A stretch of 64,000 nucleotides of DNA from an uncultured delta proteobacterium. GTDB taxonomy: Bacteria; Myxococcota; Kuafuiibacteriia; Kuafuiibacteriales; Kuafuiibacteriaceae. Location: assembly GCA_963803435.1 (NCBI GenBank), contig CAWDML010000003.1, forward strand, positions 160,001 through 224,000, written 5' to 3'. How positions within the stretch are numbered: the stretch's first letter is position 1; every line of letters begins with the position of its first letter. A program made the position numbers and the translations under genes. This document shows positions 34,204 to 43,889 of this stretch, piece after piece. The notes beneath the pieces are model-generated. The model searched no databases. It saw only the letters and a list, made by a program, of their open reading frames with translations, and was not told where the DNA came from.

Positions 34204-34517
34204 TGGCGACGCCGACCATCCCGATCCAGTACTACCTGTACCTGGCGACCATCCTCTTCACGATCGGCGCGATCGGCGTGCTGATCCGGCGCAACGCGAT
34301 CGTGATCTTCATGTGCATCGAGCTGATGCTGAACGCGGCCAACCTGGTGTTCATCACCTTCGCCCGCCACCACGCGGATCAGGCGGGCCAGATCTACGTG
34401 TTTCTGGTGATGGCGGTGGCGGCGGCTGAGGTCGCCGTCGGTCTGGCGATCATCATCGCCGTGTTCCGCGAGCGGAGGTCGATCTACGTCGACGAGCTCC
34501 GCGACATGCACGGCTGA
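34203..34517 (+). CDS. nuoK: NADH-quinone oxidoreductase subunit K
   Basis: [20 protein letters not shown] and [11 protein letters not shown] motifs. Confidence 0.97.
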   Translation: MATPTIPIQYYLYLATILFTIGAIGVLIRRNAIVIFMCIELMLNAANLVFITFARHHADQAGQIYVFLVMAVAAAEVAVGLAIIIAVFRERRSIYVDELRDMHG

Positions 34518-34520
34518 GCC

Positions 34521-35642
34521 TCAGCGCTTCGCCAGCTTCTTCGCCTCGGCCTCGGCCTCCGCCCGGCTCTTCGCCGCCAGCTTGCGGGCGCGCTTCGCCT
34601 CCTCGCGGCGCTTCTGATCCTGCGCCCACAGCTCGAGGTAGTCGCGGGCGCCGTCGTGGAGCGGAGGCTCGTCGGGCAGCGGCCGGGAACGCAGATACTC
34701 GGCGCGCTCCGCGATCGACTCGACGACCGTGCTCACGCGCCCGGCGAGCTCGGGCGGTTCGATGTCTGCGGCCTCCGGCTCCACGGCCCGGAGCTCCTCG
34801 GCCAGACGATCGAGGTGCTCGAGCGGAAAATGGAGCCGCCGCCGTCGCAGGATGTCCTCGGCGAGGTTGGTCAGGCGCTTGTCGTCGAAGTCGTACTTCG
34901 CGATCAGCTCCAGCGTCACCAGCCGGATCGCGCGGGCCGGAAGCGTACCGTCGAGATAGAGGACGATCGCGGTTTGCAGGTGGTTGTAGATCGGGACGAC
35001 CAGCGGGAAGTAGGGCACGAACGAGAGCGGGGGGGTGTGCTGATCGAGGTGGATGATCACCCGGCGGACCGGATCCTCACGCACCACGGCTTCGCGCGTC
35101 GTCTGAATCTCTTCGATCTGCTCCCGGTAGCACCCGGTCAGCCGCAGGATGTCGGCCAGCGCCTGGTTGGACACGCGCCCGGCCAGGAGGTCGGCGTAGA
35201 GCGCGTAGATGAAGGCGTCGCTCTCGGCGTCGTCCCCGAAGAGGGTCTCGTCGGTTCCGATGGGCGCCTCGGAGCGCCCGATCAGGAGCTGGCTGAGCTT
35301 GTAGCCGACCTGGTTGCGGACGGCCCGGAAGCGCCCTCGCAGGATGTGCCGCAGCGTCGGTTTCAGGACGAAGCCGTCGGGGATGAAGCCGTCCAGGGCG
35401 AACTTCCGCTCGATGACGGGTCGCAGCTGCTGCGGCGATCCCGAGATGAAGTAGATGAGGTGCGGCAGGTCGCGATCGCCCGAGTCGCGGATGGCATGGA
35501 TCAGCGCCGCCGAGCCGGGAATGTTCTCCCGCTCCTCTGCGCTCAAACGGGCGGTTCGGACCAGATCCTGAACCGTATCGAAGTCCGTCTTCAGGTAGGT
35601 CTTGTCCAGGTCCCACCGGAAGATGTGGCGGAAGCGAGGCAC
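34521..35642 (-). CDS. HAD-like (App1/DUF2183-type) phosphatase domain protein
   Basis: WDLDKTY (DxDxT), FISGSP and FGDDAESD motifs. Confidence 0.7.
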   Translation of the reverse strand: MPRFRHIFRWDLDKTYLKTDFDTVQDLVRTARLSAEERENIPGSAALIHAIRDSGDRDLPHLIYFISGSPQQLRPVIERKFALDGFIPDGFVLKPTLRHILRGRFRAVRNQVGYKLSQLLIGRSEAPIGTDETLFGDDAESDAFIYALYADLLAGRVSNQALADILRLTGCYREQIEEIQTTREAVVREDPVRRVIIHLDQHTPPLSFVPYFPLVVPIYNHLQTAIVLYLDGTLPARAIRLVTLELIAKYDFDDKRLTNLAEDILRRRRLHFPLEHLDRLAEELRAVEPEAADIEPPELAGRVSTVVESIAERAEYLRSRPLPDEPPLHDGARDYLELWAQDQKRREEAKRARKLAAKSRAEAEAEAKKLAKR

Positions 35643-35706
35643 GGGGCGCCGAGTATACCTACGGATGTGCTTGGCAGATCCAGGAGAGATCCCTAGGTTG
35701 GCCGGG

Positions 35707-37233
35707 TTGGATCGGAAGCTCCTGTCGGATCTCGCGGCGCTGCGTGCGGCAGAGCGCGGAGAGGGCGTGCGCATGCGGCACGCACCGCTGGCGATGGGGC
35801 TCCTCTACCCGAGCCCGTACCGAGTCGCGATGTCGAGCCTCGGCTACCTGTCGATCCATCGGATGATCAACGCGCGACTCGACACGTACTGCGAGCGTGC
35901 CGTGTTGCCGGAGGATCCCGACGCATGGCAGGCCTCGCGGACGCCGCTGGTGACCATCGAATCGCAGCGCCCCGTCTCCGAGCTGGACATCCTCGGCATC
36001 TCCCACGCCTACGAGCTCGAATCGACGGGCATCGTCACGCTCTTCGACCTGTGCGGCCTCGAGTCGTTCGCGAGCGATCGCAGCGAGCACGATCCGCTGG
36101 TCGTGCTCGGCGGTCCGATCACCTTCTCGAACCCGCTGCCGGCCGCGCCGTTCGCCGACGTCGTTCTCCTCGGTGAGGGCGAAGAGACGATCCATCAGCT
36201 GCTCGATCGGGCCGTCGAACGACCGCCGCGGCGTCGGCTGCTCGAGGAGCTGGCCTCGCTCCCCGGCTTCTACGTGCCGGCGCTCCACGGCGACCGGCTC
36301 CCCCCGATCGCGCAGGCCGCCGATCACCTGCTCCCGGCCGTGTCCGCGATCCGCACCCCGAACACCGAGCTCTCCGACATGGTGCTGATCGAGCCGGAGC
36401 GCGGCTGCCACCGAGGCTGCACGTTCTGTGTGATGCGGCGGTCGACCAACGGAGGCATGCGGCTGGTCCCGCCGGCGCGCGTGAGCGAGCTCGTCCCCGA
36501 TGATGCGGAGCGCGTCGGTCTGGTGGGCGCGGCCGTCACGGATCATCCTCAGATCCGCGAGATTCTCCACGAGCTGGTGGACGTTCGCGGCAAGCGAATC
36601 GGGATCAGCAGCCTCCGGGCCGACCGCCTCGACGACGAGCTCGTCGGCCTGCTCGCCCGCGGCGGCTACCGATCGATGACGGTGGCCCTGGACGCGCCCA
36701 GCGTCCGGCTGCGCGACGCCATCGAGAAGAACCTGAAGAACCGCCACGTCGAGCGGGCCGCCGAGCTGGCCCGACTCCACGGAATGCGGCATCTCAAGCT
36801 CTACGTGATCGTCGGTCTGCCGGACGAGACCGACGGCGACCTCCAGGAGCTGATCGACTTCTCCTTGTCCCTTCGGCGCATCCTCCCGGTCGTGCTGGCG
36901 GTCTCTCCCTTCATCCCCAAGTTCCACACGCCGCTCGCCGGCGCCGACTTCATGGGGGAGGCACGCACGCAGGCTGTCTTGACGAAGCTCCGCCGGGCGC
37001 TCGCCGGAAAGGTGGAGCTCCGCGGTCCCGGCGCGCGGGAGGCCTACGTCGAGTATCGGCTGGCGCAGGGCGGCCGAGAGCACGCGAAGGCCGCCGTCGC
37101 CGCCGCGCGCAACGGCGCCTCGCTGGCCGCCTGGGTTCGCGCGCTCCGCGACCTGCCGGAGCGCGCGCGTCCGGAGAACTTCGGGGAGATGATCCCGCTG
37201 CCGACGGCGCGGAGGCGATACCGCGTCGCCTGA
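35707..37233 (+). CDS. Radical SAM protein with N-terminal B12-binding-like region
   Basis: YPSPYRVAMSSLG, RGCHRGCTFC (CxxxCxxC), SSLRAD and YVIVGLPDET motifs; start TTG 35707 or ATG 35665. Confidence 0.9.
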   Translation: MDRKLLSDLAALRAAERGEGVRMRHAPLAMGLLYPSPYRVAMSSLGYLSIHRMINARLDTYCERAVLPEDPDAWQASRTPLVTIESQRPVSELDILGISHAYELESTGIVTLFDLCGLESFASDRSEHDPLVVLGGPITFSNPLPAAPFADVVLLGEGEETIHQLLDRAVERPPRRRLLEELASLPGFYVPALHGDRLPPIAQAADHLLPAVSAIRTPNTELSDMVLIEPERGCHRGCTFCVMRRSTNGGMRLVPPARVSELVPDDAERVGLVGAAVTDHPQIREILHELVDVRGKRIGISSLRADRLDDELVGLLARGGYRSMTVALDAPSVRLRDAIEKNLKNRHVERAAELARLHGMRHLKLYVIVGLPDETDGDLQELIDFSLSLRRILPVVLAVSPFIPKFHTPLAGADFMGEARTQAVLTKLRRALAGKVELRGPGAREAYVEYRLAQGGREHAKAAVAAARNGASLAAWVRALRDLPERARPENFGEMIPLPTARRRYRVA

Positions 37234-37243
37234 TGCGCGAGCG

Positions 37244-37783
37244 CTACGACCCGCCCTTCTGCTGGCTGGGCGCGGTACCCTGGATCGCCTGCCACATCAG
37301 CTCGTGGGCCTGCGCGATCTTCTGAAGCGAGCGCACCATCTGAGCATCGGAGCTGGTGAGCTCCAGGCTGGCGCCGTTGTTCGTGCGCTCGTAGGTGAAC
37401 GTCGGCCGTGAAGGATCGGTGCTCTGATTGTGCGCCTCCCACATGAGCTGATCCGCCTGCGCGAGCTTCTGAAGCCGCTGAGCGGTGTCCGGGTTCTGCG
37501 AGGTCAGCTCGATTACCACACCGTTGTCCACGTTGCGGCTGTGGACCTGCGCGTCCGGCGCGACCATCCGGAGGACCATCAGATCCTGCATGGGCATGCC
37601 CATACCCATACCCATACCCATCATATTCCCGTGGCGCATCATGCCGCGTCGCATCGGGGTGGTCTGATTTTGTGGGGTCGGATTTTTCTTCGGCGTGCTG
37701 CTCTGCGCGGTCGCGTCGTGCGCGGACACCGCCAGGCCCGCCGCCAGGAGCGAGCACACTGTGAGATTCCATCGGGTCTTCAT
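37244..37783 (-). CDS. Secreted Met-rich protein with an internal duplicated domain
   Basis: Signal peptide, MMGMGMGMGMPM tract and two ~45-aa repeats. Confidence 0.75.
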   Translation of the reverse strand: MKTRWNLTVCSLLAAGLAVSAHDATAQSSTPKKNPTPQNQTTPMRRGMMRHGNMMGMGMGMGMPMQDLMVLRMVAPDAQVHSRNVDNGVVIELTSQNPDTAQRLQKLAQADQLMWEAHNQSTDPSRPTFTYERTNNGASLELTSSDAQMVRSLQKIAQAHELMWQAIQGTAPSQQKGGS

Positions 37784-37894
37784 GCGCGACGAAGGAAGCA
37801 GGCCGCATGCCGGCCAGACGACTCTCCGTCTCGAGAGCGCGCGCGAACACGGACGTCTCAGGGGTGTCGTGGCGACGCGGCGTGCAAGCGCGAT

Positions 37895-38944
37895 TCAGAG
37901 GACGGGGATGCAGATCCCGGACGGCCCGCAGTAGGACGTCGGCCCGCACTCGCTCGAGCTCTGGCAGGTTCCACCGTCGCCCCCGCCGGTGGTCGGATCG
38001 GGGCCGCCGGTCCCGCTGCCGCCGTCGGGATCCATCGAATCCGGGATGCCGTCGCCGTCCGCATCACCCGGAACGCCGGTCCCGCTGCCCCCGTCGGGAT
38101 CCATCGAATCCGGGATGCCGTCGCCGTCCGCATCGCCCGGGACGCCGATGCCGTCTCCGCCGCCCGGGTTCGTGGGATCGAGCATCCCGTGGTCCGGCCC
38201 GCCGTTGCCGTCGTGGCCGCCGTTGCTGGGATCGCCGGGATCCATCGTGCCGTCGTCCGGCCCGCCGTTGCCGCCGCTCCCGTCGCCGGGATCATTGGGA
38301 TCCATGGTGCCGTCGCCGCCGTCCGGCGGGGTCATGCCGTCGTCGCAGCCGACGCCCGTCGAGGTGCCGCCGGCGCGGATCACCGGTCGCAGGATCCAGA
38401 GATCCTCATGACCCGTCGGGTGCACGTGGATCGACTTCTTTCGATCGAGATCGAGCGTGACGCTGGTGAGCGAGCACTCGTCGAGATTCCACGGTCCCTG
38501 GATCTTGATCCCGCTCTGCATGCCCGAGGGCACCTTCAGCGGTACCTGCGAGCCGTCCGCCGTCAGCGTCACGTAGGGCGCCGACGCGTCGAGCACGTGG
38601 AGGCGGATCTGCGTGATCTTGCCCGCCGGCAGATCGCCGAACCCGAGGGCCACGGCCGAGTCCCCGAGCCGCAAGATGTCGACGGTCACCGGCGTCTCGG
38701 ACACGGTCACCCAGCCTCCGGCGGCATGGGCCGTGACGCGATCCACGTCGACGATGACCTCGCTCAGGTCGCCCGCGCTGCCCTTCCCGTTGATCTGGAC
38801 CGGGGTCGAGGACATCAGCCCGACCGACATCCGCGCGTATCCCGGCGCCATCGGTCCGTCGAGCTCGGGGTGCGTCGTCGAGCTGGTGCCGCCGCACCCC
38901 AACAGCCCGCCAACGAGGAGTCCGAGAACAGGTCTTCGCCTCAT
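37895..38944 (-). CDS. DUF4382 lipoprotein with Asp/Gly-rich TSP3-like repeats and Cys-rich tail
   Basis: Lipobox LLGC, LPAGKITQIRL, LKVPSGMQSGIKI and LRPVI motifs; DADGDGIPDSMD occurs twice. Confidence 0.85.
   Translation of the reverse strand: MRRRPVLGLLVGGLLGCGGTSSTTHPELDGPMAPGYARMSVGLMSSTPVQINGKGSAGDLSEVIVDVDRVTAHAAGGWVTVSETPVTVDILRLGDSAVALGFGDLPAGKITQIRLHVLDASAPYVTLTADGSQVPLKVPSGMQSGIKIQGPWNLDECSLTSVTLDLDRKKSIHVHPTGHEDLWILRPVIRAGGTSTGVGCDDGMTPPDGGDGTMDPNDPGDGSGGNGGPDDGTMDPGDPSNGGHDGNGGPDHGMLDPTNPGGGDGIGVPGDADGDGIPDSMDPDGGSGTGVPGDADGDGIPDSMDPDGGSGTGGPDPTTGGGDGGTCQSSSECGPTSYCGPSGICIPVL
38006..38147. repeat. Tandem 69-bp duplication (23-aa repeat)
   Basis: gccggtcccgctgcc.ccgtcgggatccatcgaatccgggatgccgtcgccgtccgcatc at 38006 and 38075. 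Confidence 0.9.
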
Positions 38945-39082
38945 GGCGCTGATTGCTGGCAGGAAGCAGACCAGCCGAGATCATTCAAATCCCATCGGAT
39001 TGGCCCCCCGGCCGTCCAACCTGCGGGTCGCGGATTGATCCCCGGCGGCACATCCCGTGGCGCGTGCCGATCGCTGAGAGGC

Positions 39083-42000
39083 GTGCCAGTCTCACCTCGC
39101 GTGCTGCAACGCCTCGCCCGCTTCTACGAGCTGTCGCCCGTCCGTGCACGGTCGCTGCTGCGTTCGGGCGTATTCTTCTTCGCCTTCGTCTGCGGGGTCA
39201 CGGTCTTCAAGAGCGCCACCAACGCCATCTTCCTGGCCCATCGCGATCCGTCGGAGCTGCCGTACCTCTACCTCGCCACCGCCGTCGCGATCACGCTGGT
39301 GACGGTCTATGTCGGTGACCGACTCACAACCGCCTCCGCCAAGCCGGTCCTCAAGGCCGCCGTGCTGGTCGCCTCCGCGATCATCTTCGGCCTCTCGCTC
39401 CTGGCGGCCCTCGAGGTGCGGGCGACGCTGCCGGTGCTCTACGTCGCCGGCGAGGTCTACGCGACCACGATCTCGGTCCTCTTCTGGGCGCGCCTCGGCG
39501 AGGTCTTCGACGTCCGGACCGCCAAGCGCGTCTTCGGCGCGATCGGCGCCGCCGGGATGGGCGGAGCCGTCACCGGCGGGCTGCTGGTGCGCGCGCTCTC
39601 GAGCTACGTCCCCGGCGTCGGCTGGTGCTTCCTCTCCGCGCTGACGCTGCTCTTGATCCGCCCCCTCCTCGGCGCCGAGCGCGGCACGGGCGCCATCAAT
39701 CGCCCCGAGATCCAGTTCCGCGAGGGCCTCGCCTACGCCGCCGTCGACCGTTTTCCGCGTGGCGTTGGCCTGCTCGTCCTGCTGCTGGCGGTCCAGACCG
39801 CGGCCGTCGACTTCGCGTTCCGCACCGGCGCCGTCCGCTTCGAGGGCAGCGACGAGTCCGCGCTGGTGGCGCTGTTCGGATCGCTCCACGTTCTCGTGGG
39901 CATCGGCGCGATCGTGTTTCAGATGCTCTTCACGAGCGCGCTCTTGCGCCGCCTCGGCGTGTTCGTCTTCCTCTCGATCATCCCGATCGTCTCGATCATC
40001 ACCGGCGGCTGGGCGTTGCTGGTGCCCTCGATGTTCTTCCCGCTCTTCCTGTTGAAGACGTTCGAGATGATGGGGAGCCTCTCGCTCTACCAGCCCGGCC
40101 TGCAGCTGCTCTACAACCCGATGCCGAACGCCATGCGCGACTCGGTCCGGGCGGTCGTCGACGGCGCGGTCAAGAAGCTCGGCGGGGCGGTGGGCGGAGC
40201 GCTGCTGATCCTGTTCGGCGCGCAGGTGGTCGAGAAAGAGATCCTCGGCCTGGTCCTGGGCCTCGCCCTGGTGCTCCTGATCTGGATCCGGCGGCTCCGC
40301 AAGGGCTACCTGTCCGCGCTCGAGGCCAAGCTGGGGGCCCGGGGAGGGCAGGTGATGCCGATGATCGACCTCAGCGATCGATCCACGCGCGAGCGCCTCC
40401 TCGCCACGCTCGAGGCCGACGAGCCCAACAAGGTGCTGGCGGCGTTGTCCGTCCTCGTGCGCGAGAAGACGCTCGACCTGAAGCCGTACTTCGAGACCCT
40501 GATCGCCCACCCCTCGGAGAGCGTCCGGCTTCGCGCGATCGAGCTGATCACCGAGGCGCCCGATCCCGCCTATGCGCCTCTCCTGGTGGCAGCGATCGCG
40601 CGCGAAGAGCGCCGCCCGAAGGCCCAGGCGGCGCGGGCGCTCGAGCTGGTGGATCGGGAGAAGGCCGTCGAGGTGATGGCGCCGGTCCTCAGCGCGCCGG
40701 CCGGGACGCACGACGTCGGCTTGGTGTGCGCGGCGATCAAGGTCTGCCTCTCCTCGGGCGGTCCGCGGTCGATCGTCGAGCTGGGTGAGATCGCGCTCGA
40801 GCAGATGTTCGCCCAGGGGCGCAGCGGGCCGGCCGGGCAGCGCCGGGAGATCGCACGTCTCCTGGGTCTGCTCGGGCCCAACCGGTACGCGCCGCATCTC
40901 ATCACGTATCTCGACGATCCGGAGCCGTCGGTCCGGAAGCTCGCCGTCGAGAGCGCCCGCGCCGTCCGGGATCCGGTGCTGGCGCCCAAGCTGATCACCA
41001 TGCTCGCCGATCGGCGGCTCCGCCGTACGGTCCGCGACGCGCTCGCCTCCTACGGCGAGGCCGTGGTGGAGCTGCTCCGCGAGATGCTGGACGACCGCAC
41101 GCTCCCCGTCGAGCTGCGCGTCCACATCCCGATGGTGCTCCGCCAGATCGGTACCGGCGCGGCCGCCGAAGCGATGCTCTACTCGAACGTCCACGATGAC
41201 GCCTTCCTCCGCTACGTCATCGTTCGCTCGCTGAGTCGGCTGCGCCGCGAGCGGCCCGAGGTCGTGTTCGACCGGCGGCGCGCCGAGGAAGCCGCCATGC
41301 GGCGCCTCAAGGCCTTCGTCCACTATCGCCCGCTCGCGGCCGATCTGGCAGTGGGCGGTGCCTCGTACAATCTGGTCCGCCGCGCGGTGGAGGATCGCAT
41401 CCGCCAGAACCTGGAGGCGGGTCTCTTGATCCTCGGCCTCACCTACGACCAGCACGCGATGGTCAACGCTGCCCGCGGCCTCCTCCAGGGCAGCTACGCC
41501 GACGCCGTCGAGCTGGTCGACGTCGCGCTCCAGGGCAGCGACATTCGCAATCAGGTGCTCCCGCTCCTGGAGCGCGAGTCACCGTCGTCATCGCCCGAGC
41601 GCGCCCGGGAGCGGGCTTTCTCGCTCGTCGAAGGTCGCGACATCCAGGTCGCGATGATCGCGTGGGAGACGCTCAATCGTCTCGGCGAAGATCCGCCGGA
41701 CGTCCGCGAACCCACGCTGGGAGAACCGCTCATGCCGAAGTCGATCGTCGATCGTGTATTCGTCCTCGAGGGCGTCCAGCTCTTCCACGGCCTCTCGGTC
41801 GACGACCTCGCCGCCGTCGCTGCCATCACCACGGAGGGGCACGCCGCCGGAGGCGAGATCATCTACCGCCAGAACGACCCCGGCGACTCCATGTACATCA
41901 TCGCCTCCGGGGAGGTCCGCCTGCTGAAGGACGGCCAGCCGCTGATGGATCTCTACGCCGGCGACTCGTTCGGACAGGTGTCGATCCTCGATCACGGCCC

Positions 42001-42217
42001 GCGGCCCGTCACCGCGCGCGCCGGTGACGAAGGCGCAGATTATCTCTATCTCGAGCGCGAGCCCTTCCTCGATCTGATCGCGGATCGACCCGAGGTCATC
42101 AACGGATTGTTCGTGGTGCTGGCGCGACGCCTGCGCGAGCTGGTCGATCTCACCGGACAGTCCGCGCACCACAAGGGCGAGCCGTCACGATCGTCTCTCC
42201 CAGCGTCCACTCCTTGA
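39083..42217 (+). CDS. NTT/Npt-like MFS transporter fused to HEAT repeats and a cNMP-binding domain
   Basis: About 12 TMs (FWARLGEVFDVRTAKRVFG, QLLYNPMP), HEAT-like repeats, and C-terminal IIYRQNDPGDSMYII..FGQVSILDHGPR. Confidence 0.88.
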   Translation: MPVSPRVLQRLARFYELSPVRARSLLRSGVFFFAFVCGVTVFKSATNAIFLAHRDPSELPYLYLATAVAITLVTVYVGDRLTTASAKPVLKAAVLVASAIIFGLSLLAALEVRATLPVLYVAGEVYATTISVLFWARLGEVFDVRTAKRVFGAIGAAGMGGAVTGGLLVRALSSYVPGVGWCFLSALTLLLIRPLLGAERGTGAINRPEIQFREGLAYAAVDRFPRGVGLLVLLLAVQTAAVDFAFRTGAVRFEGSDESALVALFGSLHVLVGIGAIVFQMLFTSALLRRLGVFVFLSIIPIVSIITGGWALLVPSMFFPLFLLKTFEMMGSLSLYQPGLQLLYNPMPNAMRDSVRAVVDGAVKKLGGAVGGALLILFGAQVVEKEILGLVLGLALVLLIWIRRLRKGYLSALEAKLGARGGQVMPMIDLSDRSTRERLLATLEADEPNKVLAALSVLVREKTLDLKPYFETLIAHPSESVRLRAIELITEAPDPAYAPLLVAAIAREERRPKAQAARALELVDREKAVEVMAPVLSAPAGTHDVGLVCAAIKVCLSSGGPRSIVELGEIALEQMFAQGRSGPAGQRREIARLLGLLGPNRYAPHLITYLDDPEPSVRKLAVESARAVRDPVLAPKLITMLADRRLRRTVRDALASYGEAVVELLREMLDDRTLPVELRVHIPMVLRQIGTGAAAEAMLYSNVHDDAFLRYVIVRSLSRLRRERPEVVFDRRRAEEAAMRRLKAFVHYRPLAADLAVGGASYNLVRRAVEDRIRQNLEAGLLILGLTYDQHAMVNAARGLLQGSYADAVELVDVALQGSDIRNQVLPLLERESPSSSPERARERAFSLVEGRDIQVAMIAWETLNRLGEDPPDVREPTLGEPLMPKSIVDRVFVLEGVQLFHGLSVDDLAAVAAITTEGHAAGGEIIYRQNDPGDSMYIIASGEVRLLKDGQPLMDLYAGDSFGQVSILDHGPRPVTARAGDEGADYLYLEREPFLDLIADRPEVINGLFVVLARRLRELVDLTGQSAHHKGEPSRSSLPASTP

Positions 42218-42730
42218 GAGGACCGGGCCCTCGCCGCGGAAGTAGCCCTTGTCCGCGATGGCCCGGATGATGGCGTCGATCCAGTCCCTGAGAATCTTGA
42301 ACAGCTTCCGGTCGACCTCGATGAAGTTGAGCGTCGTGTTTCCGTGACGCCGCGGGACCAGCTCTTCCGGCAGATACCCCCGGTCCGCCAGGTCGGGGAG
42401 GACGTAGAGCGCGAGCGTGACCCACCCGCTCTTGTTGAGGGCGATCATCCCGAGCGGGAGCCGGGGCTGCTCCTTGATCGGGGGATCTCGATCTCACAGT
42501 GCCGGTCGCCGTCGTCGAGCAGCCGGATCTTCTTCTGGTGGCGCCGGAACATGGCCCGGATCGCGTTGAACACCGGCCGAAGGGTGTCGTCCATGTCCTG
42601 CATGCCCCGCGGTTGCGGGTAGGGGCTCTTCTTCTTCTTCTTCTTCTGGAGGGCGGCTCGGCTTCTCCATCCCGAGATCGGCCAGGACCTTCTCGTTCGG
42701 GGTCGGCTTGCCGGCCTTCTTCTTCTTCAC
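42185..42730 (-). CDS. Hypothetical protein (possibly DUF1801-like); two frameshifts
   Basis: GTGA overlap with the upstream gene; frames join as ...LRPVFNAIRAMFRRH...EIPPIKEQPRLPLGMIALNKSGWVTLALY. Confidence 0.55.
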
Positions 42731-43855
42731 GCAGGCACCAGCTCCAGCACCGTGATCTCGGCGGGCGCGCCGAGTCGGAACGGCGGCCCGAAGTAGCCCG
42801 TCCCGCGGCTGGTGTACACCCACGTCTGGTCGTGGCGGCCGAGCCCGGCGGGGAACTCGTGCACCAGCTTCACGATCAGGTTCCAGGGGAAGAACTGGCC
42901 GCCGTGCGTGTGCCCGGAGAGCTGGAGATCGAACCCCGCCTCGGCGGCCGCGTAGACCGCGCCGGGGCGATGCGCGAGCAGCACCTTCACGTCGCAGTCG
43001 GCGCCGCCCTCGGCGCAGGCCTTCGCGTCGGGGACGTGGCTCTCCTTGAACCGTGTGCCCTGCGGATCGGTGATGCCGCCGATCAGGAGCCTCCGACCGC
43101 GGTGCTCGATGATCGTATGCTCGTTGATGAGCACCTTCATCCCGAGCCGGCGGAACTCTTCGATCCACTCCGTCGCGCCCGAGTAATACTCGTGATTGCC
43201 GGTGCAGACGAAGGTGCCGTAGCGCGACTTCATGCTTCCGAGCGGCTCGACGTCGCGGCTGATGCGCGACACCTTGCCGTCCACCAGGTCACCCGTCACG
43301 GCGATCAGGTCGGCGCCGAGCGTATCGACGGCGTCGGCGATCGCCTGCACAAAGCCGCGATCGATCGTCGGCCCCACGTGGATGTCCGAGACCTGCACGA
43401 TGCGGAACCGCGACAACGCCTCCGGAAGATCGGTCACGGGGATCTCCACGTTCACCACCCGCGCCCGCTGCTGCGCCTCGCGGTACCCGGCGGTGGACCC
43501 GGCGGCGGCGAAGCCGAGCACGCCCAGGTTGAGGCCCCGGCCGAGAAGCTCTCGCCGGCCCGGATCCTTGGGGAGCATCGGTACCGCCCGGGAGCCCAGG
43601 AGCGCCAGGCCCCAGAGCAGCTCGCGGATGAGATAGCCGGTGAAGACGAAGGAGTAGACCCCCATCGCGACGTACGAGGCGAGCCGCAGCGGGTGCCCCA
43701 GGTCGAGCTCGAAGACCCAGGTGAGCGGGCTGAGCAGCATCAGCGCATAGAGGACCGAGAGGCCGATCCGAGATCGCAGGTCGACCTCTCCCGAGCCGGC
43801 GGCAGATGAGGACGTGGAGCAGCGAGGCGACCAGGATGACGATGGCGACGAACAT
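42727..43855 (-). CDS. Membrane-anchored metallophosphoesterase (YkuE/YaeI type); frameshift ~43770
   Basis: SDIHVG, TGDLVDG, GNHEYY, LLAHRP, SGHTHGGQ and SRGTG motifs. Confidence 0.92.
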
Positions 43856-43889
43856 TCGCTGTCTCGAGAGAACGGCCCAGGCGGCGGAC

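Noticed and set aside
38006-38147. CRISPR-like repeat
   Set aside because: Two in-frame coding copies with no spacers and no cas genes.
37430-39082. N-terminal 550 aa of the 1595-aa ORF
   Set aside because: Antisense to two credible minus-strand genes; the transporter-like sequence only starts at ~39083.
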